Shown: in pieces, positions 26,161 through 40,513 of the stretch
Position numbering within the stretch: position 1 is the first letter of the stretch
Layout of the letters: every line of letters starts with the position of its first letter
Assembly (NCBI RefSeq): GCF_001949145.1
Contig: NW_019091360.1
Location: 4,296,159 to 4,360,158, forward strand
Direction of reading: 5' to 3'
Origin: Acanthaster planci
Lineage: Eukaryota
Length of the DNA: 64,000 bases
Notes under the pieces: generated by a model
Told to the model about the DNA's origin: nothing
Databases searched by the model: none
Seen by the model: the letters and a program-made list of their open reading frames with translations, nothing else
Program-made: the position numbers and the translations under genes

Positions 26161-29029
26161 AACAAGATGTCAACCTAAGCATGCGCCCCAAATTCAATTA
26201 TAGCCCACACGCTGATATCTTGGCATTAAAAGCGTATGAAATGGTCCTACTGCGGTGGCGGACTTCAAACATGGAGGCCCCTTGTCAGTAATTGCCTATA
26301 TCTTATCCCCTCCCCTTCCTGCTGTCTGTGACGCACCCTTGTCTGAAAAAGGATGACTTTTATCTTAAATTATTTAACTTCTTGATACTACGTGATAAAT
26401 GGACGATACTCACAGAAGTCGGATCTTACAAAGTCCTTGAACGAATCGGCTTTAAGTAGGGGGAAGGTCTATCAGTCATGCATGACCTATCCATCAAGAA
26501 AAAACAGCAGTCATTCGTAGGCGACTGGGATGAAATTAAGTTCAAATATCCTTAAAATTGTCTTGTGCAAAATGATTAAGAGTATTTGTTATACATGTTT
26601 TCTCTGGACAGGACGTTTAGGAGGGAAATAAACTTGATCTCGGTCAGGGAGGGACGCAGGAGTTCGCGGTAATGGCAGACGGCGTGCGATGTCATGCAAA
26701 AGTGCATGGGATTTATAGACCTAACGCGTGATATCAGAAAGCCAAGTTGGGAACACAATCGCAATTGTTGCCAATAGGATTGAGCAACAAATGATGTTTA
26801 TAAAGCCACTGCATTTATCCCAAGAGAAAGTGAAAACCTAGCTCAAAAACAAAAAAACAAAAAACAAAAAAAACACCTAGGCCAGAGCAATCAGCCTTTC
26901 CCTCAAGTTAAATTACGTTAGAAAAATCTCAGCAGACATTGCGTCGTTGATCTTGTGGAGGGCGCACTTCGTTTCACCGTTAAGTTTATTTTCAGTCCGA
27001 TTTTTCACTCTGTGGAGCTGTGCGTGAATCATATGACGACAGACTGGCCAGTGTGTCATACATGAATATCGACCGAAAAAGACTCCAATATGACGTAGTT
27101 TTTAACCTTTAAAGACATACTAATTTCCGTGTTGACTTTTAAACAAATAAATGCAGAATATACACAATGCATAAAAATATCCTTGTCTCCACTAAAGCTT
27201 GAAGTTCCCATAGACTTATTCTTAGACAAGTAATAACTTCAGATGTTTCCACTAATTTTAGACCTATGAAAATGTAATGTTAAATGGTAACATTTGATGC
27301 GCAAAATGGTGATGACCTTGAAAACTGCAACGATTCAGAATATGTCATGCGCATACAAAATATCCCAGTTTTTGTTGAACTTGTTTACCGATGGGGGCGC
27401 TATGTACAATAGAAAGCTCGATTCTGGATATTTTTTTCTGCACAGATTACCAGAGCAAACAGACTAATAGTGGACGTATGGCCGTCTTTTAAACTTGACC
27501 TTTTTGGGGGGCGCTATAATACCGGGTGATTTTGACCAAGCGATTTATTGCAAATTTTCAGTACGTGCTCTTGTCGAAGATAGAGTGTAATTGGTAGTCA
27601 AGGCAATGTTGACGTCATCATAAGATAATTTAAGCGCCATGCCAAACGTTCGTACATCAGTCCACCAACACTCTGTCTTGTTTCAGGATTTTTTGAAAGG
27701 TTCTCAGCATTCCAGCGTCTGATCTGCTAACGATGCAATGATTTCTCTTTGTCTGTCATGAACTGTCACAAGGGCCAAAGGGCTGTATCTTGGAGATCTC
27801 TGTTTGTACTCATTGCCCGATCTTACTTTTACTTATTGGGCATTATTGAGTGTACATTATCTTCATTTGACCATTGTGCTGTTATTATGGCATCATACAA
27901 AAGCACGGGCGTAAATCCCAGGGAAACGGGGTTTTTTATCCTTCAACTGGGGGTTGGGCTATATAGGATTTGCATTTGCTGCAACTTGTCAAAATTTGCC
28001 GATTTGGGGGTTTTCGATTTACTTTTGTATCATTCCACAAAGTTGTTTCATTTTTTGAGATCACTGCTTTGAGAAAAATCGAGAAAACGCAGTTTATTTT
28101 TAACTCTCGAAGCGCAGCTCATGTATACTAGCTTGTCTCGCAAATATCCACGGGTCACAGGACATTCCTGAGTGCCTGAACAATGTACAGGCGAGGTCGA
28201 TCTGCAGACCGATTATGGCCCTCAAAAATGCATTTTCCCACTGTTTCGCTTTGTACAAGTTGACAAATTTACCTTCTAGCTTGTGCTTTCTCTTCAACAA
28301 TGCAGCGCTGAGAATTTGTCAAATAAACAATGTTTCGTCGGTAGATGATGTGACTGCAGCCATCACATTCATTGCGCAACCACACATACTTAAAAAAAAA
28401 GTATTCATGTGTATGTACACGTGCACGACCGACCACACAATCATTCAAGTTGGGTTCGCTCTCCACATCGTTCAAAAACCCTCTACACGTCATCAGTGCC
28501 CACCATAAACACTTCATAAAATAATAAACGATATGGTAACAACGGACATGAGAGTTACTGTTATTGAAAAAAACAAACAGAAAGCTAAATCGAAATTGGA
28601 GATTTGTTCGGGAAAAAGGCTTCGGCACGGAGCTACGAAGGAACGGACATTGGACCATACCATTATCTAAGGGATGATAGCGATATGATATATTCACGTG
28701 AGGTAAACTTCCAAAGTTTCATGAGGAACTTTAATTTAAACCAGTCCAAATTCTCCATTTGCAAGTTAGTTATGGATATGTACCTACCTATTTACTTCAT
28801 AATAAGTTTAGACTTACCGAAGACGTGTTGGCAGTTTGTATATTACCCTTTCAAATAGACTCTTCCAAGAGCTCAATACTTTTCACACATTTTCGCTGTG
28901 CCCGTTAATGGTTGCGGTATTTAAACAAACGGCATTTTCTTACTACGTTCCTGCGTAAGAAACTTAATTTCTTATCTATATCTACCTCAGCTGACAAGTT
29001 TGAGCTTCCGAACGAGAGGTAGTTTTGAA

Positions 29030-29970
29030 TCACTGGATTCCCCAAGAACAGTGAGATACCTTCAGCAATGGAGACTGGGCGGGTAAGCTTGCGGGTTCTG
29101 GCAATTGTGACGTAAGCGCCTTATCTGAACTGATCCGTTTTGACCCGGGTAAATGAATTACGAGACTGTCGTTTGAGAAAGTGCAGTCGGATGCCGTAAC
29201 AGAACTGACCTCGTCGAACCGGAGAAAGCCGGCATAACTAATAAAACGAATGAAAAGTATACGAAGAAGCGTCGGGGTTACCGTGTTTGGGGAGCAAATT
29301 TTGATTGTTTGTGGCGTAATCGGCTCTTTCCGAGGTTTCGTATAGATACGATTGTAGCCCTGCACAGCCGATTTGAACCATGGACTCTCGGTTGGAGAAA
29401 CTAGGCCGCTCGAACGCCGGGAACGTACAACCGGTTATTGCTGGTAGTTAGTCACAAGCAACATGCAACATGGCGGCGTCCCTGTACGTTATTCGAGAGT
29501 TAATGTTTGGATAACCGGGCTGAATTCTTTTCTGTTTAAACAGGAACATTAATTTCTGTGTTATGAAGAATAATTAATGTTACTTTTGCAAAATTTCCTA
29601 TAGTCTGTGGCTCTGTAAGCCATCACTCTACTTTTTGCAATGTTTGCAGCTGTTCAAAAATCAAAATCTCACGAGTTTTTCCGTGTGTTCTTGTAAAACC
29701 CTGACGAGGAGGTGGTGTCTGATCCTGTTCCGAGAGCAGTGTTCTGGAGTCGTGTTCCTACCGTTCGAGCGCGAGAACAAGAAACCTGTGTTGAGAACAG
29801 GTCGCCCGAACTCGACCATAGTGTCAAAGTGTCCTGCGAGGTCGGGCCATGTCCCGTGCAGTTTAAGGGCCCGGGCCCCGCTCGGCTGATTTGCAAGCAT
29901 ACAACACCTGCAGGTGAAGAAGTATGACACCATGTCCAGCCAACCACTTACACCGCCCCTTCTCGAGAGT
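29030..29970 (-). mobile_element. Internally deleted DIRS/Ngaro-like tyrosine-recombinase retroelement remnant
   Basis: Minus-strand translation SPTESPWFKSAVQGYNR...ISYAGFLRFDEVSSVTASDCTFSNDSLVIHLPGSK contains the YR box I (GFLRxxE) and the downstream SK motif; fused directly to the non-coding block shared with 1-368. Confidence 0.7.
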
Positions 29971-30049
29971 TTATGCAATATCAAGCAAAACCTCAGGGTG
30001 CATCAGAAGAATTATATATCAATAGGCCCTATTACAGTTCTGAATATAT

Positions 30050-33000
30050 TTAATAATGCGGTGAAAGTTCTGTTTTTCACAAGAATTTAGGAAAGATTTG
30101 TGTGTATTTCAGACGGGGTAAGATATTTTTGAGGATTTGTCTTTGTGTAACATATTTTCGACAGGTAAGGAGAAAATGTTCGACATTATCAACACATCCA
30201 CATATATCACAAAGATCATTTGGGTGTTTACCGATCTTATGAAAAACTGGTTAAGACCCTTGCATGTACCTAATCGTAACCGGTGTATGGCTACTTCCTC
30301 GGCACGATTCATTGTCCAGTTTGGGAACAAGTCAGAAGGAGACATCATTGTAAATATTATTGGTATGTTTTGGGATTGATTTTTCCAGTTATTTTGAAGT
30401 TTTACTTTAAGAGTGTGTTTAACTTAATTAATCGATAAAGGGATGGGAAGATCAATACTGTTTTTCTTGGTCGCGTTTTTAGCAATCTGATTAGCTTTTT
30501 CATTTCCTGGTATACCGCAGTGACCGGGGATCCATTCAAAGTGAAGAGTGTTCCCTTGATTGCCGATATTAATCGTGGTGTGGCGAGTATCACAAACAAT
30601 TTTATCTGCAGGGAAAGGTTTATCGATTGCCTGCAAAGCACTAAGACAATCACTAAAGATGCAACCTTGTAATGGTTTTGAGTCTTCAATCCATTCTAAT
30701 GCAAGAAGAATGGCAAACAATTCTGCAGAAAAAAATTGATATACCATCATTGATACGAAAGCCTTTAGAGTAATTTAATTGGGGAATGTTTATAGCGCAT
30801 CCAACAGTTTTGTTATCAAGGTCTTGAGAACCATCAGTACAGGCCTATATTTGTAAGTAGTTCCCCAGGTAGTGTTGTTAACGCCAATAGTAATATTTCT
30901 TTTTTCATAAGTATTGTCTGTATGAGCTACTTGGTTAAAAATGTCCGTAGAGAAATGAGCTTTTCTGTAACGCCAATAAGAAAAGATATTATTGAGGGGG
31001 AAGATGGTTGAAGGATAATGAATGATTCTCGCTTCGTAAGGTGTTTTATAACTGGAGTCAGACCATTTGTCCTCAAAATAGTGTTTTTGCCAATTATTAA
31101 GGTTAAAATGTTTATTTGGATGGTCCTGGTGGGCATTTAGTTTAATAGCATATAAGCTAGCTAAAAATTATCGTCGAAGAGCGAGTGGTGGTTCGCCACA
31201 TTGAATGTGTAGTTTAAAGAGGGGAGAGCCCTGAATCGCACCAGTGCATATTCTCAAAGCTTGATATTGGATACTATAAAGTTTTTGTTTAAGAGTAGTT
31301 GAGGCTGAATCAAAGGCTTCCCAACCATATTCTAGGATGGGTTTTATGAGGGCACAGTAAAGTTGGTAAAGAGATTGGCCATGTGCCCCCCAAGAGGTAC
31401 CATCAACGCATCTCAGAATATTCAGTCTTTTTTTGCACTTCATAATAATATCATCGATTTGTTGTTTCCTGGTGAGTTTACAATCCAAAGTAATACCAAG
31501 GAATTTGGCAGCAGATTTGGTCTGAATCTTAAGGTCTTGGATACGTAAAGAAATGTTACCATGAGTTTTGTTGGTAAAAAGGACAGCAACTGTTTTCGGG
31601 ACCGAGAGCTTAAAGCCCCATTTATCAATTTTTAATGTTATTCACATCCAGTTGAATTTTCCTTTCCAGACAGGAGATATTCCTATTTGATTTCCAAATT
31701 GCTATATCATTCGCATATTGAGTCATATTAGCATCAATTATATAATTCGAGAGATCATGTTGAAAATGATGACAAGGTATTCCCGTATTTGTCAGGTAAT
31801 CGTTTGATGACAGCATTACTGATGCCATCTTTACCAGGAGAGGTACAGTTACTGGAATTAATGGCGTGATTAAGTTCCTCTATTTCGAAAGGATCATTGA
31901 TAACACTATCGTTGTTTTCATTAAACTGGAAGGCCTCTTCAGTATCATTTTTAATGATGTTGAAAGGAGGATTGTAATTACGATTACTACTAACTGCAGC
32001 AAAGCTGCTAGCCATGGTGTCAGCCATTTCTTTGTCAGTAACCACATCAGTGTTGTTAAGGCAAAAGGTCGGGATGCTGTTGCTGTGGGTCTGGCCAATA
32101 CATTTGATTTTATTCTAGACTTTTTGGGTATTAGTTCTGGGGGTTATTTCTTTACAGAATCTCTCACAATCTTTTCTTTCAGCTTTATTTATGGTTTTCT
32201 TAGCAATAACACTAGCTCATTTTAAGCTATCAGGTCAGAAGGCAAGCATGTTTTCTTGAGGCTTTTCAAAGCTTGTCTTTTTTCAACTATGGCTTGTTTG
32301 CATTCTTCACTCCACCAAGATTTTGGGGGACTTGTGATGATTGAGGTGAGTTTTTAGGAATGGAATCATTCATGGCAGAAACAATTTGTTCGATAAATTT
32401 ATCATAGACTTCATTAATGGTATGGGAAGGGTTGGGTTCTGAGCTGTGCTTATTACATGCAGTTTTGAACATATTCCAATCGGCTTTTTTGAAGGACCAC
32501 TTCGGAATTGGATTGGCTAGATTTTGGTGAAAAGAATGGTCAATTTCCATGATAACAGGACAATGATCACTTCCCCATGTGTCATTTATAATTTTCCAGT
32601 TACATTTAGCAGCTAAATTTGGGGACATAAAGGTAATGTCTAGACAGGAGAAAGTGCCTTTGGGGATGTTAACTCTTATGCCCTCACCAGAGTTCATACA
32701 GACTTAAGTTTGTCTCGGCAGTAATGTCATCTATAATCTTGCCATTATGATCCAAAGAGGAACTTCCCCGGAGGGGGTTGTGTCCATGAAGGTCGCCACA
32801 ATCTATATTAGGAGTATCTGTTTTATGAAAAATCTCTATAAGGGAGCCATCAAGCTTGTTGCAAGGATTGTACACATTAATCAGTTTAATTTTTTTCCGG
32901 CACTCGGTGTAGAGTTCACCAACTTGGTATTTGATTTGGTTAACTGAGTGTGACAGGTGTCTAAAAGCTAAACTACGTTTGATGAAAATCGCACATCCTC

Positions 33001-34430
33001 TACCCCATTTTTCGGGGCTGTGTTTGTCCAGTCATTACGGAATATCATAGCCCGGTAAATTGGAAATTTTCCCTTCTTTGAGCCAGGTTTCCTGAATTAA
33101 GGTCAGGCTTGTGAGTCCAAGAGTTTATGGCATTTTAAAATTCGTTACCATGAGCTAAAAGAGATTGCGCATTCCATTGTAGAATAAGAATCATTAACAG
33201 ATAAATCATGAAGATGTGTTGATTGGTTTACCTTTTGGAGTGTTACTTCAGCTTGCCTCGTCATTAGTTGGATTCTTGTAGCTAACTCTACTCTTACGGC
33301 TTGAGCCACTTCGCTTTGTTCTGATTAGGACTCGGACTGTGAAGATTGACTTGGTTTCCATTGTTTGGATTTGGAAGCGTCCTCAAGGTGCTCAATGTGC
33401 TGGACCAGTTCCTTATCAGCTGAAAGTCTTTCTTTCTGGTTTTGTATGGTGTCCCATATTTGCATAGTACCAATGAGTAATTCAGTGAGCTATTGCTCGT
33501 TACAAATGCACTTAATGTGTTCAGTTTTTGTTCCCGTAGTTTCTTCTGTTTCAGTGCAAGCATCTTTGGAGTTGGCGATTTGCATGACAAGAGTCGACTA
33601 GTTGTTCTCCTCGTTAACATTTATACGATGAATAGAACTGTGCTCATTGACAGTATTAGCAGGTTTCGATGAGGGTGCTGATTGAGTGATGTTATCTGGT
33701 CGAATTGAGATATCAGTCTTAATGGCTTTTGCTGTGTCAGCATAAGAGATATTATATGTTACTCTGATTCCCTGAATTTTCTTGTCTTGTTTTACTCTAT
33801 TGCAGCCTGCGTAAGCAGATGAGTGTCTTTCAACGCATCTACAGCGCTTCACCTGATTCTTTCGGTTACATTATTCAAAGGTGTGGGGTCCCCCACATTC
33901 AACGCGTTAGAGTTTTCAATTTTCCTGCTTGTGCTGAGGTGTGACATTTAACAACCCTTTGGTTGTTTTTCGACACACTTTTAATGTAGGCTTTACTTTA
34001 TTAAGTGCCGCAGCGGTGCGTATTGGATTGACTTTAGATGATTTGATATCAGGAGAGTTAGTAACCAAAGTAGGTTGGGAAATGGAGGGTTGTTCTTCGG
34101 TGTATCGTCGCTTTGACGGAGTTTCACTACAGGGGTATCATAATCCGAGTCCGAATAAACATCACTGTAATTGAGTGGTTTCGGGCGTTTTCTATTCTGT
34201 CTTTGCGTTTGCGCATCATGCGTTTGAGAGTTATTTTGTGCTTGACTGATTAGAACATCTATGGTGGGTCGTGGTTGATTGTTTCCATGTTTTTCCTGGA
34301 CTTCCATTGGGGTTTGTTGAGATGCCGATTGGTTCCATGACGAATTATCAGATTCGGAGTCAGTTAATTCCCAGTCGGTGTTATTGGCCATGAGGCCAGA
34401 TTTAGCTCAGAAAGAGATGAAAAGCTCGAT
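30050..34430 (-). mobile_element. Decayed non-LTR retrotransposon (I-group LINE with ORF1, APE endonuclease, RT, RNase H, C-terminal CCHC)
   Basis: ORF1 remnants 33294-34391 with a knuckle-like CRCVERHSSAYAGC. ORF2 from ~33209: LQWNAQSL, LIQETWLK, GDLHGHNP, CLDITFMS, GSDHCPV (APE); SPGKDGI, QYANDIAIW (RT, YADD degenerate); TDGS, SAELFAILLALEWI, IFSDCLSALQAI, WIPGHCGIPGNEKAN (RNase H); CDICGCVDNVEHFLLTC. Many frameshifts and stops. Confidence 0.92.
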
Positions 34431-34689
34431 CGATGCACCTTAGGATTTACTGATATTGCTTACTTGTATCCCGTGAAGATAAAAGTGGATCACTTTCAAC
34501 GACATTGATGGGAGCAACAAAATTTGAATTTCGCGCCACAACAGAGATACAACCGTACTCAATCGCCGCTACAGAGAGACCTAAAGGAAAGGCCTATTGT
34601 TGTTGTTTGGTTTTAATGGCGCTTTCAGCAACTCAGGCTATTTGCACCAATAACGTTAACTGTACGTTTATTCATACATTTTATTAATC

Positions 34690-34838
34690 AGCATCACATT
34701 ACGGAGTTAGGGAGAAGGTCCAGTTTTAGTGGCAGAAGGAAACCGGAGTACCCGGAGAAAACCTGCGAGAGCGAGTATGGACAGGAAACCAAATGCAGTT
34801 AAGGCCTGGGCCAAGCCAGGACTCGAACCTGGGCCTCA
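34690..34838 (-). mobile_element. tRNA-derived SINE fragment (V-SINE-like core)
   Basis: Minus strand has Pol III B box GGTTCGAGTCC (34819-34829) followed by GGTTTTCTCCGGGTACTCCGGTTTCC (34738-34763), the conserved V-domain motif; 5' end interrupted by the adjacent MITE. Confidence 0.7.
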
Positions 34839-34847
34839 TTAAATGAA

Positions 34848-35140
34848 AGGCATTGTTAAGATACACGGGTTTATAGTTAGATGCATCGGACCGTAGCGCT
34901 ACGTTAATACGTAATGAGCTTAATGAGCACACCTGTCGTTCGATAACGAAAAGAAATGTCATTTTCCAAAGATCGTCCGTAAAAAAACATAAAATTTCTG
35001 TTTTCTCGAAAATGACAGCATTTCAGGTGGTAAAATTTGACAGATTGTCTAACACTATTATGTGCTTAATTTACAGTAAGATATTTCAAGATAATTCGAC
35101 AGTTGCGTTTTTGAGATCTTACAAATCCTAAACACTGCCT
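34848..35140. mobile_element. Kolobok-like MITE (TTAA target)
   Basis: TGAA|AGGCATTGTTAAG ... CTAAACACTGCCT|TTAA: imperfect TIR, with TTAA on the right and a mutated TGAA on the left. Confidence 0.5.
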
Positions 35141-36481
35141 TTAAATCATCTCCCCACATTCCCTTGGCGAGAAAAAAATAAGGTAGATCGTGAAGCATTT
35201 TTCAGACGTTCTACTATCCAAAATGTATCAAATAGCATTCACAGAGGGAGAACACTTTAAAACAGCCACAGATATGCCGGTCCGATGTCAGATTCTGACT
35301 CTGTAGGAATGACATGCGTGTTACAGATGTTCATCTGGATCACGAATATCGCCCCCTAGAGTCACATTGTATCTGCATTGCCGGGCAAGTCATCCTCCAA
35401 CAATTCCCTATCCGCAATCCCCGGCCCCCGGCACAAATTTAATTTTTACGCCACTGTGCATAAGTGAAATAGACAAACGAATGCGTACTTGAATGGCCCT
35501 AGAAAGTATTTGTTTCTGAATGTTACGATGTGTGTAGTCCTGTTGTCCTCTTCGAATATTTTTTATGGGGATGTTCTACAAACTAAGTTGCTTCAATCAA
35601 TGTTCACGCCTAGTTCGACATCATCATGAATTTAAGACTGTTCCCAGGGACGGGTCAATCTGACAGGGCTGGTAGATCAGGGATATCTTCGCTGGTTAAT
35701 TATCAGACTGACCATGACGGGCGGACAAGCTACCCTGTTGAAATTCTTGGCTGTGCATCAGATAGCAATGGCCAGAGTTTAGGCAACGTGTGTCGTAAGT
35801 TCTTACAATTGCAAATGGGACTGGCCTGTGTTCTTCATCACACATTGCGCTATGCCGTCCTAGTGCTGTGGTGACCATCAGAGCACAGAGCTGGGTTTGT
35901 AGCTCTATGGTCAGAGTTTGTTCAGTCTCGTTAGCGCCCTCAATCATCAAATTTCGTTTACAGTGTTTGAAAAATTTAAATAAACCAATAAATATGATAA
36001 TAACACGATTTACATGTAAAATGATTTTTTTAAGGAATGGGTTATACGTGTATTATCCGCCGTGCGCAGAAGCACCCCCTCATCGGTTGAAAAGAGCCAT
36101 GTCGGTCGGGAGTGTTTATTTTGCTGGTAGCGCCACGATCGCAATGCGTGCATTTCATAGTCGATTGTGAACCTGTGAACCAGCGAAGTGGAGTTTCAAC
36201 CAAAAGAGCATCTGTTGCTAGAAAAATTGCGCGCGCCCTCTCTTGTTCCATCTTTGGACTCATTGCGTCAATGATGAAATATTTCTCAGTCCAAGTTCGC
36301 TATTATTGGCGTTCTCTCAGCCAAGTTTGTGATTTGTTTCATAAAATGTTATGATACCATTTTTGCTGACACTGATGGCTTCTTTGGATTTAAATTCTGA
36401 TACCAAATTAGATGCCAGTTTGTAATCATGAGCATATACCGTAACGTGGCATGCATACACGAACAAGTACATGTACTTTAT

Positions 36482-36750
36482 CAGTGGCGTATCCAGCTTT
36501 TGGCGGGGGGGGGGGAATTCAAAAGCGAATGCGGCTTTGTCGTGATGTTGGGGAGAATAAAATATCAAAAGCCTTACTTGGGGTCATCTTTGCTTAGATT
36601 TCATGATGACGTTTTCTTGGGATGTTGGTGCTAATATGTGATAAATAAATATGCCGATTACTTTCTTACCTATGAAGTATTCTTTGTAAGGAAAAAATCC
36701 GGGGGGGGGGAGTTGCCCCCTGCCTCCACCCCCTGCTGGACACACCACTG
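36482..36750. mobile_element. hAT-like MITE
   Basis: TIR CAGTGGCGTATCCAGC ... GCTGGACACACCACTG, with subterminal poly-G/poly-C tracts typical of these elements; no clean 8-bp TSD. Confidence 0.6.
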
Positions 36751-39700
36751 TTTTATTAATAATATCACAACAGAGAAATCTTGTTTCCCCTCCCAAAGGG
36801 ACCTCTGCATGCCAATGGGGAAAAAAACACTTAAAAATCCAAAAGTATTAAATTATTACATCAGAAGACGGAAAGGTCATGATATTTTCTGTATCTGTTA
36901 GATAACTGATAGACGAAGCAAATAGCCGGAGAGATCTGATGCAGAGGCTCTTTCTTCATCCGATCTCTGGTGTCCCACGGGGCAGTTTCTCCTGATCGTG
37001 ACAGAACACAGGGACATACACACATTACTCAATATGCCCCTAGGATTGGGGTCTTTAAATCCAAGCCGGCGTCAGTGCAGTAAAACGCAGCAAAGACTTT
37101 AAGCCACCTCTTTGAGATGATCGCGGAACCTTATTGCAGGATCGTTGTCACATCCTCGACGAACACGAACACCGGTCACAATCGCCTCTGGGGACGTTAG
37201 CCTCGACGTAGTTGAAAAGCCCAAAGACCTGTCGTCTTATCATTTGCTATTTAAATTCTCACGTGTGTTAGCACAGCCTAACTACATGTAGGGCCACATG
37301 GGCAAGTTATAAACACAAACATTGTCCGTTTTACTTGCAACCGGCATTCAATTACAATTCAAAATCATGTCCTTGTTTGATTTCGACTGTCGAGTGATTT
37401 TATTTGTGTACTTTTGGTCAACAACTTCCACTATGACGTTTTGATATCGGTATTTCGCAATAAAATTTTGAAAAAGAGTATCACGTCACAAGTTCAAAGA
37501 TTAGAAATTACAATAAGTATACATTGCAACTGAATAGCAACAAAGTTGAGTTAAATCAAATGATACAAAATACACTGACTGACAAAATTATGAGAATTTG
37601 TTTCAACTACCATGTGTAAAAACGTCTATGTAAAGAAATGTAAGTATAGATTGAATAAACTTTAAATGTGGGTATTTAGTGCATTTATAATTTGTGAAAG
37701 TTACTCAGGGATCTCCATTATAATCCCGAAAATTGATCAGTATAAATCTCTATCCATGTAAATATAAATGAATATATCCTCGGTCAGTATGATACGCATT
37801 TGTAGGGGTAGTAATCTAATTTTGCAAATCATATCTTTTCAGGTTGTGGATGCTTTAACTTCAGTTTTACACGAATACATCAACGTTATCACGCAGCGCA
37901 GAACTCTTTCGTTGTTGATTGAAACTGTGAAATTAATTGATTAACGAAACTCAGGTAAGCCCATTTGCGCTCAAAAGCTAATTTAACCCAAAGTTTCAGA
38001 TTTTGATTTTTAACATCTAATTTAAAACTACAGTATGGTTCATTTGCTTTCTTTGAGGTCCCAACATCAGATGATCTAAGCAATGTTATTTTACAGTTAT
38101 ACACCTCACTTAATTGACAGCACGATTTTAAACAGCGTTGTTTTATGTGCCAATAACAATTTATGCGAACATAGCACGAACACAGTCACGTGGTTTCTGA
38201 TATCAAGCACATTGCACTGGGTATAGTGCGTGTCCAAGTCTTGGGTGGAGAAGGCAATGACCGTCCATTGTTTTTCACCTAGAAAGGTTCCTAATGCTCT
38301 CCCTCCCCACTGGACATGCTACTGATTGGGAAGAATTCTAGTATTATTAAGAAAACCTTGATAAAACGACCTTACTCAACAGTTTTCAACTGCTAAATAA
38401 AGCACACACGTATAACTCTGCGCGTGTCATTAGTTTGAACATCGTTATCAATGAAATCAAATGTGTTTTCTTCACAAGCAGCTTTCTCAACTTTCTCTCT
38501 CTGTTTGCTTTATTCGGAGAAAATACACAAAACTGTTTTACTTTAAAAAGGAAGCCCCGAACGCTCGATACTTACACGTAAAATTAAAGATTTTTTAATG
38601 CTGAAGGACTATAAATCGGTAAATTGCTAAATTTATCTGCAGGCATAGGAACTGACCCGAGGATGTCTACTGCTTTGACTATAAAATATCCAATGAATAT
38701 ATTCACGTGAGTTCGATCCATGAAGTCAAGGTTTACTGTCATTCTTCCCTATTACTTTTACGATTAGAAAAAAACAACAGGAGCCCTCTAGGATAAACCT
38801 GGATGACCACACGTTATGCATTAAAGAAGAATGGAACATTCATAAAACGTTTTCTTCCCATAGTCTTCTTTTATTTTGTCAAATTTACAATGTCGGAAAA
38901 AAGTGTTAACAGCCATTGCATTGCTTTGATTAACATAATGTTAAGCGTTTTATGTAGTACATGTATTCATTAATGTTTATTTTACCATTTTAAAGAAATT
39001 TAGTAAACTATTCGAGAAGTTACCTTGTAGTTGATTTTATGTTTCTTCCATTAACTGTGCTTGATGTACCATTTCTGCATTTGAACAGATTTAGAATTGT
39101 TCATTCTTATAAAGTTATAGACTAATTCAAGCGTTTTGTTCACGTTTAATTGCATGAAGCCAAAAAAGACAAAATGCCCATTTTCAATTCCTTTTTTGTA
39201 TTTCATTATCAAATGGAGACATTTATTGACGTGTGTCTAGCTGTGAAGCTCTCACATAGTTATTTTGGCATCGACTTAATGACAAGTAAAATGAACGTGA
39301 AATAATCTTGAAAGCTGACTGCGCTCAAAGGCAGTCACGGGGGGGGTAAGTATTTGCTGTTCTGTTGGAAATCATTAAATCAGTCAAACGCCAATCTCTT
39401 AAGTAGAGGGCCCGGCATTGTTTCTACTCAAGTACCGCCCCATGTACTTCCATAATAATCATCATTAACAGTGCACTTGCAGAGAGGGTTTCACTAACTT
39501 CATTAGCAGAGTTTGTTGACTTTCATATTGTCGTCAGATAGTGCTAAGCGATATTTCATCTTCAAGCCCAGTCAGTTCTCGCATATCTCTTCGTGTCACC
39601 TTAAAAAGAACAGTACTGGGCAATAAAGTATTGAATGAATAAAAGACGGTATGAAATACTTGTTCAACCGGGAATGGATGCAGAAATCATTTTCTAAACA

Positions 39701-40513
39701 CGAAATCGGCTAACTTCATAAGCAACACGAGTTTCAACTGAAACAGGGCAAGAGGAAGGTAGTCGGGTTTCTTGAACCCAGGATGCTTACTTTAGGAGCA
39801 GTAACAAAGAGACCCACTCCAATAAACCGCCTCTTTTAACGTCAATAATTTGTGTCCAAAAGAAGGGGTACTCAGGACTCTACGAAGGAGCCTTTCTCTA
39901 CATCAGATCATTCCAAACCTCTACGCATCTTAGCTACTACATGGAATATTTCGGCCAACTCATTGCACTTGGGGCGTATTCTAGGTTATCTAAATAAGAA
40001 TAATGTCTCATAGAACGAAATGACGACTACGTCTTAGTGCGCTGCGATATGGCGTGTCAACAAGCCGCAGTCATAGCCATCAATAATTTTTGTCCTACAT
40101 CTATCAAGGTTCATTAAAGCAGTTGCGTTCAATATGTTCGCAAAAAAAAAGCTCACTGCTTGTCTTCGTTGTGTTTTGTATCGTCGGAACCAGTTGGCCT
40201 ATATACAGCAAGGAGACAGCACTGAAATAAATCCAGGAGAAAAATTGCGCAATTTTGGATTAAGGCATAGTGATTTTAGCGCGACTCTTAAAAATGAAAT
40301 AAACAACACGGAACACTTTGAGAATTAATGTCCACGTAACACATATCATTCTTTGGTGAATTCAGAAATTCATCTGATTATGGATGATACCATCAGAGTG
40401 AATTCTTCAGCCAGCTGTAATGTCACGATTCTATAGTCAGTCTATGCGGCAAGGCTGCAAGGAACAGTGTCGCATGTCGGGTAGGAAATAAGTACTTCAG
40501 TTTGTCTAGATCT

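Noticed and set aside
35626..35874. 82-aa ORF with YPVEILG, faintly like retroelement C-terminal motifs
   Set aside because: No further diagnostic motifs.
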